From positions 8,906-72,905 of the forward strand of contig CAZRAA010000001.1 of assembly GCA_964597975.1 (NCBI GenBank): DNA of 64,000 nt, read 5' to 3'. This document shows, piece by piece, positions 60,711-64,000 of the stretch. The notes below the pieces were generated by a model. It saw nothing but the letters and a program-made list of their open reading frames with translations. It had not been told where the DNA came from and made no database searches. Source of the stretch: an uncultured Thermoleophilaceae bacterium. GTDB taxonomy: Bacteria > Actinomycetota > Thermoleophilia > Solirubrobacterales > JACPNS01. The position numbers and the translations under genes are program-made. Numbering within the stretch: the stretch's first letter is position 1; each line of letters starts with the position of its first letter.

Positions 60711-61889
60711 GTGCCAACGATTTCGATTCACCCAGGGCACGGACGGCCTCTCCTCAAACTGTCTATCGCGTGCATGGCGATCGCCGCCGGCGTCGCTCTC
60801 GCGTGGTCGGCCGGCGGCGCCCAAGCTTCCTCCAATGTCGCTCTGAGCTACAAGCAGACGGTCAAGTCGGCGCAGTTCAAGGCTGCAAACGTCGACGCGC
60901 TTGCTCCGGGTAGCGGAGCTTCGAAGGTCTGTTGGGCAGTCGCCGATCGTGGTGAGGTCAAGACTCACGAGTGGTGCGCCGAGCGATTGTCTGCGACCTC
61001 GAGTTGGAGGATCGCCGGATCCAAGCGTAAGGGCGCCAAGATTCGCGTGGACGGCCAGATCGCGACCCTCCTGCTCGACCCGACTGCCGCCGGTCTTGCT
61101 CCCGGGCTCTACAAGTGGCACTTCGAGATCTCCTCGTGCACCTCGCCGACGCCGGCGACCGGCGCGACCGGCGCGCTCGGGGAGAGCTGCGCCGAGCGCT
61201 TCCCGAGGAGTGGAGGCCAGAGCGTGCGGATTCACAGCCTTGTGCCGGTCGGATGCAAGGTCAAGGGAGCCGCGCAGGTCCGGACCGGTCCGCGACGGGG
61301 CAAGAAGATCGCTCTGACATTCGACGACGGCCCGGGACCCCTGACCAAGCAATTCCTGGGCAAGCTGCGAGCGCTAAACGTGAAGGCCACGTTCTTCATG
61401 ATCGGCGAGCAGGTGCCAGGCAAAGGCGCCCTGCTCAAGCGCATGATGCGCGACGGACATGAACTTGCCAACCACTCCTGGAACCACGCAAACCTCGGGG
61501 GCGGTGGCGCCGGCGCATCGAGCCAGATGTCGCGGACGAACAACGCGATCAGGCGTGCGTCTGGATTCCGCCCCTGCGTGATGCGCCCACCGTACGGATC
61601 CACCAGCAGCGATCTCGTCCGGCGCGTGCGCGCACAGCACATGACCTCGATCCTCTGGGACGTCGACCCGCTCGATTGGCGCACGCCGGGGGTCGGGACG
61701 ATCGTCGGGACGATCCGCCGCCAGACCCACGCCGGTTCGATCATCCTTGAACACGACGGCGGCGGACCGCGCGGTCAGACTCTGGCGGCGATCCCGCAGT
61801 ACGTCCGCACGCTCAAGAGCCGCGGCTACAAGTTCGTCACTGTCAGCGAACTGCTCGGGTACAAGACCACCTACAAGCTCGCCGAGTAG
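60711..61889 (+). CDS. Secreted polysaccharide deacetylase (NodB homology domain, CE4) with an N-terminal Cys-containing domain of about 190 aa of unknown type
   Basis: Signal peptide ending 'SAGGAQA'. NodB motifs 'IALTFDDGPGP', 'ATFFMIGEQV', 'HELANHSWNH', 'MRPPYGS', 'IILEHDGG'. Confidence 0.85.
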   Translation: MPTISIHPGHGRPLLKLSIACMAIAAGVALAWSAGGAQASSNVALSYKQTVKSAQFKAANVDALAPGSGASKVCWAVADRGEVKTHEWCAERLSATSSWRIAGSKRKGAKIRVDGQIATLLLDPTAAGLAPGLYKWHFEISSCTSPTPATGATGALGESCAERFPRSGGQSVRIHSLVPVGCKVKGAAQVRTGPRRGKKIALTFDDGPGPLTKQFLGKLRALNVKATFFMIGEQVPGKGALLKRMMRDGHELANHSWNHANLGGGGAGASSQMSRTNNAIRRASGFRPCVMRPPYGSTSSDLVRRVRAQHMTSILWDVDPLDWRTPGVGTIVGTIRRQTHAGSIILEHDGGGPRGQTLAAIPQYVRTLKSRGYKFVTVSELLGYKTTYKLAE

Positions 61890-61900
61890 TCGCCCGCGCC

Positions 61901-62755
61901 TCAGTAGAGGCTCGAAGGCGGCAGCGGCAGGCCGTCAGTGTCGGACTTCTTCTCGCGCCTGATGTACGAGGAGATCTTCGACTTGGGCACCACGTAGATG
62001 CGCTGGTTGCGGTAGGAACCCGCTTGACCGAGCGCGCGCGGCGGCTTGCGGTAGACGTCGATGTGACGTCCGTCGATTGCCCCGCCGGTGTCGTCGGCGC
62101 GGAACCATCCGTCGCCGTTGTTGGCGCGATAGCGGCCGATCCAAACGAGGCTGCCACGGGGAATGAAGCTGGTGTCTGTAGCCACGCTGCGGTAGTAGCG
62201 CAGCGGCAGCGAGGGTCCGCGGGCGAACGTGATGCCCTTGGCCGGAACCCATTTCTTGCCCTCACCCGCGTACCAGGTGCCGTCCTCGAGCGGGAAGGTC
62301 ACGCGCTTCTTCGAGTTCTTCCAGTAGCCCGACGAACGCCAGAAAGGAGAGCGGTTGCGATTGCTCGATCCCCAGTCGGCCTTCTTGCCGTCGCGACCGA
62401 TCCAGCCACCGCGACCGAGGTTGTCGATGTGGTACCGGTTGCCGTCGGTGCCCAGTCCGTCGCCCTCCATCGACATTCCCACTGCCGAGTAGAGCCAGTC
62501 GATCTTGCTCTTGCGGCCGCGGATGCCGGGCGTGGTGATGCGCTTGCCGTCAAACCAACTCTCGCGCGCCGGGTAGTACTCGGTCACGAGCATCTTCGGC
62601 AGCCACGCCGGCTTGGTCACGGTTTTGGCCGCCTTCGCGCGATACGCGTCGCCGCTCGAGACGTGCGCCAGCAGCACCCCCGCGCAGAGCGCGAAGGCGA
62701 TGGCGGCCGCGAACGCGCGACCGGATAGCGGCTTGTCACTGCGGGCGAGGAACAT
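61901..62755 (-). CDS. Secreted 3D-domain / MltA-like murein transglycosylase-type protein
   Basis: Signal/anchor 'FAAAIAFALCAGVLLA'. 'RSVATDTSFIPRGSLVWIGRYRANNGDGWFRADDTGGAIDGRHIDVY' is the 3D-domain pattern. Confidence 0.75.
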   Translation of the reverse strand: MFLARSDKPLSGRAFAAAIAFALCAGVLLAHVSSGDAYRAKAAKTVTKPAWLPKMLVTEYYPARESWFDGKRITTPGIRGRKSKIDWLYSAVGMSMEGDGLGTDGNRYHIDNLGRGGWIGRDGKKADWGSSNRNRSPFWRSSGYWKNSKKRVTFPLEDGTWYAGEGKKWVPAKGITFARGPSLPLRYYRSVATDTSFIPRGSLVWIGRYRANNGDGWFRADDTGGAIDGRHIDVYRKPPRALGQAGSYRNQRIYVVPKSKISSYIRREKKSDTDGLPLPPSSLY

Positions 62756-62835
62756 CTCTTGAAAAGCCTAAACCCATCACTGGATCGTCCGATGCGCTTG
62801 CATCCTCAATCCCGGCTAGCGGGTACCGTCGATGG

Positions 62836-63558
62836 ATGGAGAGGATCGCTGACGGCGTCCATCTCGTGCGCGGAGGAATGCCGCGCGTGATGAACGTCTA
62901 CCTGATCGAAGACGAAGGCGGCATGACGATGTTCGACGCCGGCATCAAGGGGATGGACCGCGCCCTGAAGAAGGCGGCTTCGCCGTACGGCGGACTCAAG
63001 CAGATCGTGCTCGGCCACAGCCATACCGATCATCGCGGAGCAGCGCCGGCGTTGGCCGCCGAAGGCGTGCCGGTCTACTGCCACGAGGCTGAACTCGCCG
63101 ACGCCGAGAGCGACGGAGGCATGCACTATTTCCATTTGGAAGAACTCAACTTCTTCGTGCGCAAGTTCATGGATCACTCGCTGACAAAGACCTGGGACGG
63201 CGGTCCCGTTCCGATCGAGGGCGCGCTCAGTGAGGGCGACGAAGTGGCTGGGTTCCAGGTGATCCACCTTCCGGGCCACGCGCCGGGACTGATCGGCCTC
63301 TATCGAGAGCGCGACGATCTGGTGCTTTGCAGTGACGCGGTCTACACGCTCAATCCGCTGAACGGACGCCGCGGAGCCCCGCGGATTCCGCTCGGCGCCT
63401 TCAACCTGGATACCGAGATGGCCAAGGCGAGCGCGCTCAAACTCTCGGCGGTCAGCCCGAAGACAGTCTGGCCAGGGCACGCCGACGCGATCGAGCACGA
63501 CGCCCCCGACGTGCTCGACGAGCTCGGTCGCAAGGGCGGCGTGCTCGGGCGCGGATAG
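62836..63558 (+). CDS. MBL-fold metallo-hydrolase
   Basis: 'VYLIEDEGGMTMFDAG', 'LGHSHTDHRGAA' (HxHxDH), 'HLPGHAPG'. Confidence 0.88.
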   Translation: MERIADGVHLVRGGMPRVMNVYLIEDEGGMTMFDAGIKGMDRALKKAASPYGGLKQIVLGHSHTDHRGAAPALAAEGVPVYCHEAELADAESDGGMHYFHLEELNFFVRKFMDHSLTKTWDGGPVPIEGALSEGDEVAGFQVIHLPGHAPGLIGLYRERDDLVLCSDAVYTLNPLNGRRGAPRIPLGAFNLDTEMAKASALKLSAVSPKTVWPGHADAIEHDAPDVLDELGRKGGVLGRG

Positions 63559-64000
63559 CTACTCGCGGATCTCCACGCGCTCGATCATCTTCGGCTCGAC
63601 GGGCATGTCGCGGCCGTCGGTCTCGCTGGCCTCGATCGCGTCGACCGTCTCCATGCCCGAGACGACCTCGCCGAAAACGGTGTGCTTGCCGTCAAGCCAC
63701 GGCGCGGCGGCCGTCGTGACGATGAAAAACTGCGAGCCGTTGGTGTTCGGGCCGGCGTTGGCCATTGCCAGCGCGCCGCGCACGATCTTGTTGTCGTTGA
63801 ACTCGTCGTCGAACTTGTAGCCGGGGCCACCGGTGCCATTGCCGTCCGGGCAACCACCCTGGATCATGAAGTCCTTGATCACCCGGTGAAAGATGAGTCC
63901 GTCGTAAAAACCCTCGCCGGCCAGCTTCTGGAAGTTGGCGACTGTGTTGGGTGCGGCGTCATCGAAGAAGTTGATCTCGATGTCGCCCTCTGAGGTTTGG
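63559..64000 (-). CDS. Peptidyl-prolyl cis-trans isomerase (cyclophilin type); 5' end beyond the window
   Basis: The frame stays open to the window edge. '...[38 protein letters not shown]...[19 protein letters not shown]...[12 protein letters not shown]'. Confidence 0.92.
   Translation of the reverse strand, partial: QTSEGDIEINFFDDAAPNTVANFQKLAGEGFYDGLIFHRVIKDFMIQGGCPDGNGTGGPGYKFDDEFNDNKIVRGALAMANAGPNTNGSQFFIVTTAAAPWLDGKHTVFGEVVSGMETVDAIEASETDGRDMPVEPKMIERVEIRE

Noticed and set aside
1-64000. CRISPR arrays, tRNA, rRNA or tmRNA genes
   Set aside because: No regularly spaced direct repeats and no cloverleaf-like or rRNA-like conserved stretches were seen. All intergenic gaps are under about 190 nt. 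This was not checked with tRNAscan or Infernal.
1-64000. Mobile elements, prophage or genomic-island boundaries
   Set aside because: No transposase, integrase, recombinase or phage structural motifs appear in any credible ORF. I noticed no long terminal inverted or direct repeats. Composition looks uniform apart from short AT-rich promoter spacers.

Overview
This is a visibly GC-rich bacterial chromosomal window (G+C judged by eye, not computed). I read about 62 protein-coding genes. I found no rRNA, tRNA, CRISPR array, transposase, integrase or phage gene. The gene content looks like Actinomycetota: an OpcA-containing pentose-phosphate operon, a long actinobacterial-type transaldolase, a PPOX/F420-type flavoprotein, GtrA/GT39 glycosylation genes, and many TetR/MFS genes. 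The style of the secreted proteins hints at a Thermoleophilia/Solirubrobacterales-like organism, but I cannot verify this without a database search. Layout by coordinate: (1) 1-8 kb holds a secreted propeller/PKD protein, an AraC+VOC pair, and three TetR regulators interleaved with three secreted lipolytic/serine hydrolases. (2) 8-21 kb holds transporters (a sugar porter and two DHA2 pumps), a DUF+SHOCT pair, fadH, a HAD hydrolase, a PH-domain protein coupled to a FAH-fold protein, and an amidase. (3) 21-27.8 kb holds a P/Q-rich membrane protein with an SLT-like protein, a glutaminase-STAS-cNMP fusion co-transcribed with a membrane coiled-coil protein, a 6-TM protein coupled to a two-HKD PLD protein, and PPK2. 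(4) 27.9-36.2 kb is a tightly packed six-gene plus-strand envelope-glycan locus: WecB epimerase, a processive GT2 synthase, an OmpR-type regulator, a histidine kinase, a GT2::GtrA fusion and a GT39/ArnT-like GT-C enzyme. It ends in a strong hairpin. I consider it the best candidate for an uncharacterised system. (5) 36-41.9 kb holds ppa, a TetR, a methyltransferase, a MarR-DHA2 pair and an acyl-CoA ligase. (6) 41.9-45.3 kb holds two tandem NlpC/P60-like paralogs (a third copy is at 58.9 kb), a secreted unknown protein and an SGNH hydrolase. (7) 45.3-55 kb is an eight-enzyme pentose-phosphate super-operon (tkt-tal-pgi-gnd-zwf-opcA-pgl, then rpiB). (8) 55-64 kb holds csoR/copA with a textbook operator palindrome, an MFS gene, msrB, a DUF202 protein, a polysaccharide deacetylase, a 3D-domain protein, an MBL hydrolase and a cyclophilin truncated by the window edge. 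Many long ORFs in the six-frame track are antisense or off-frame artefacts of high GC and were rejected. All functional calls come from motif reading of the translations. No homology search was run.
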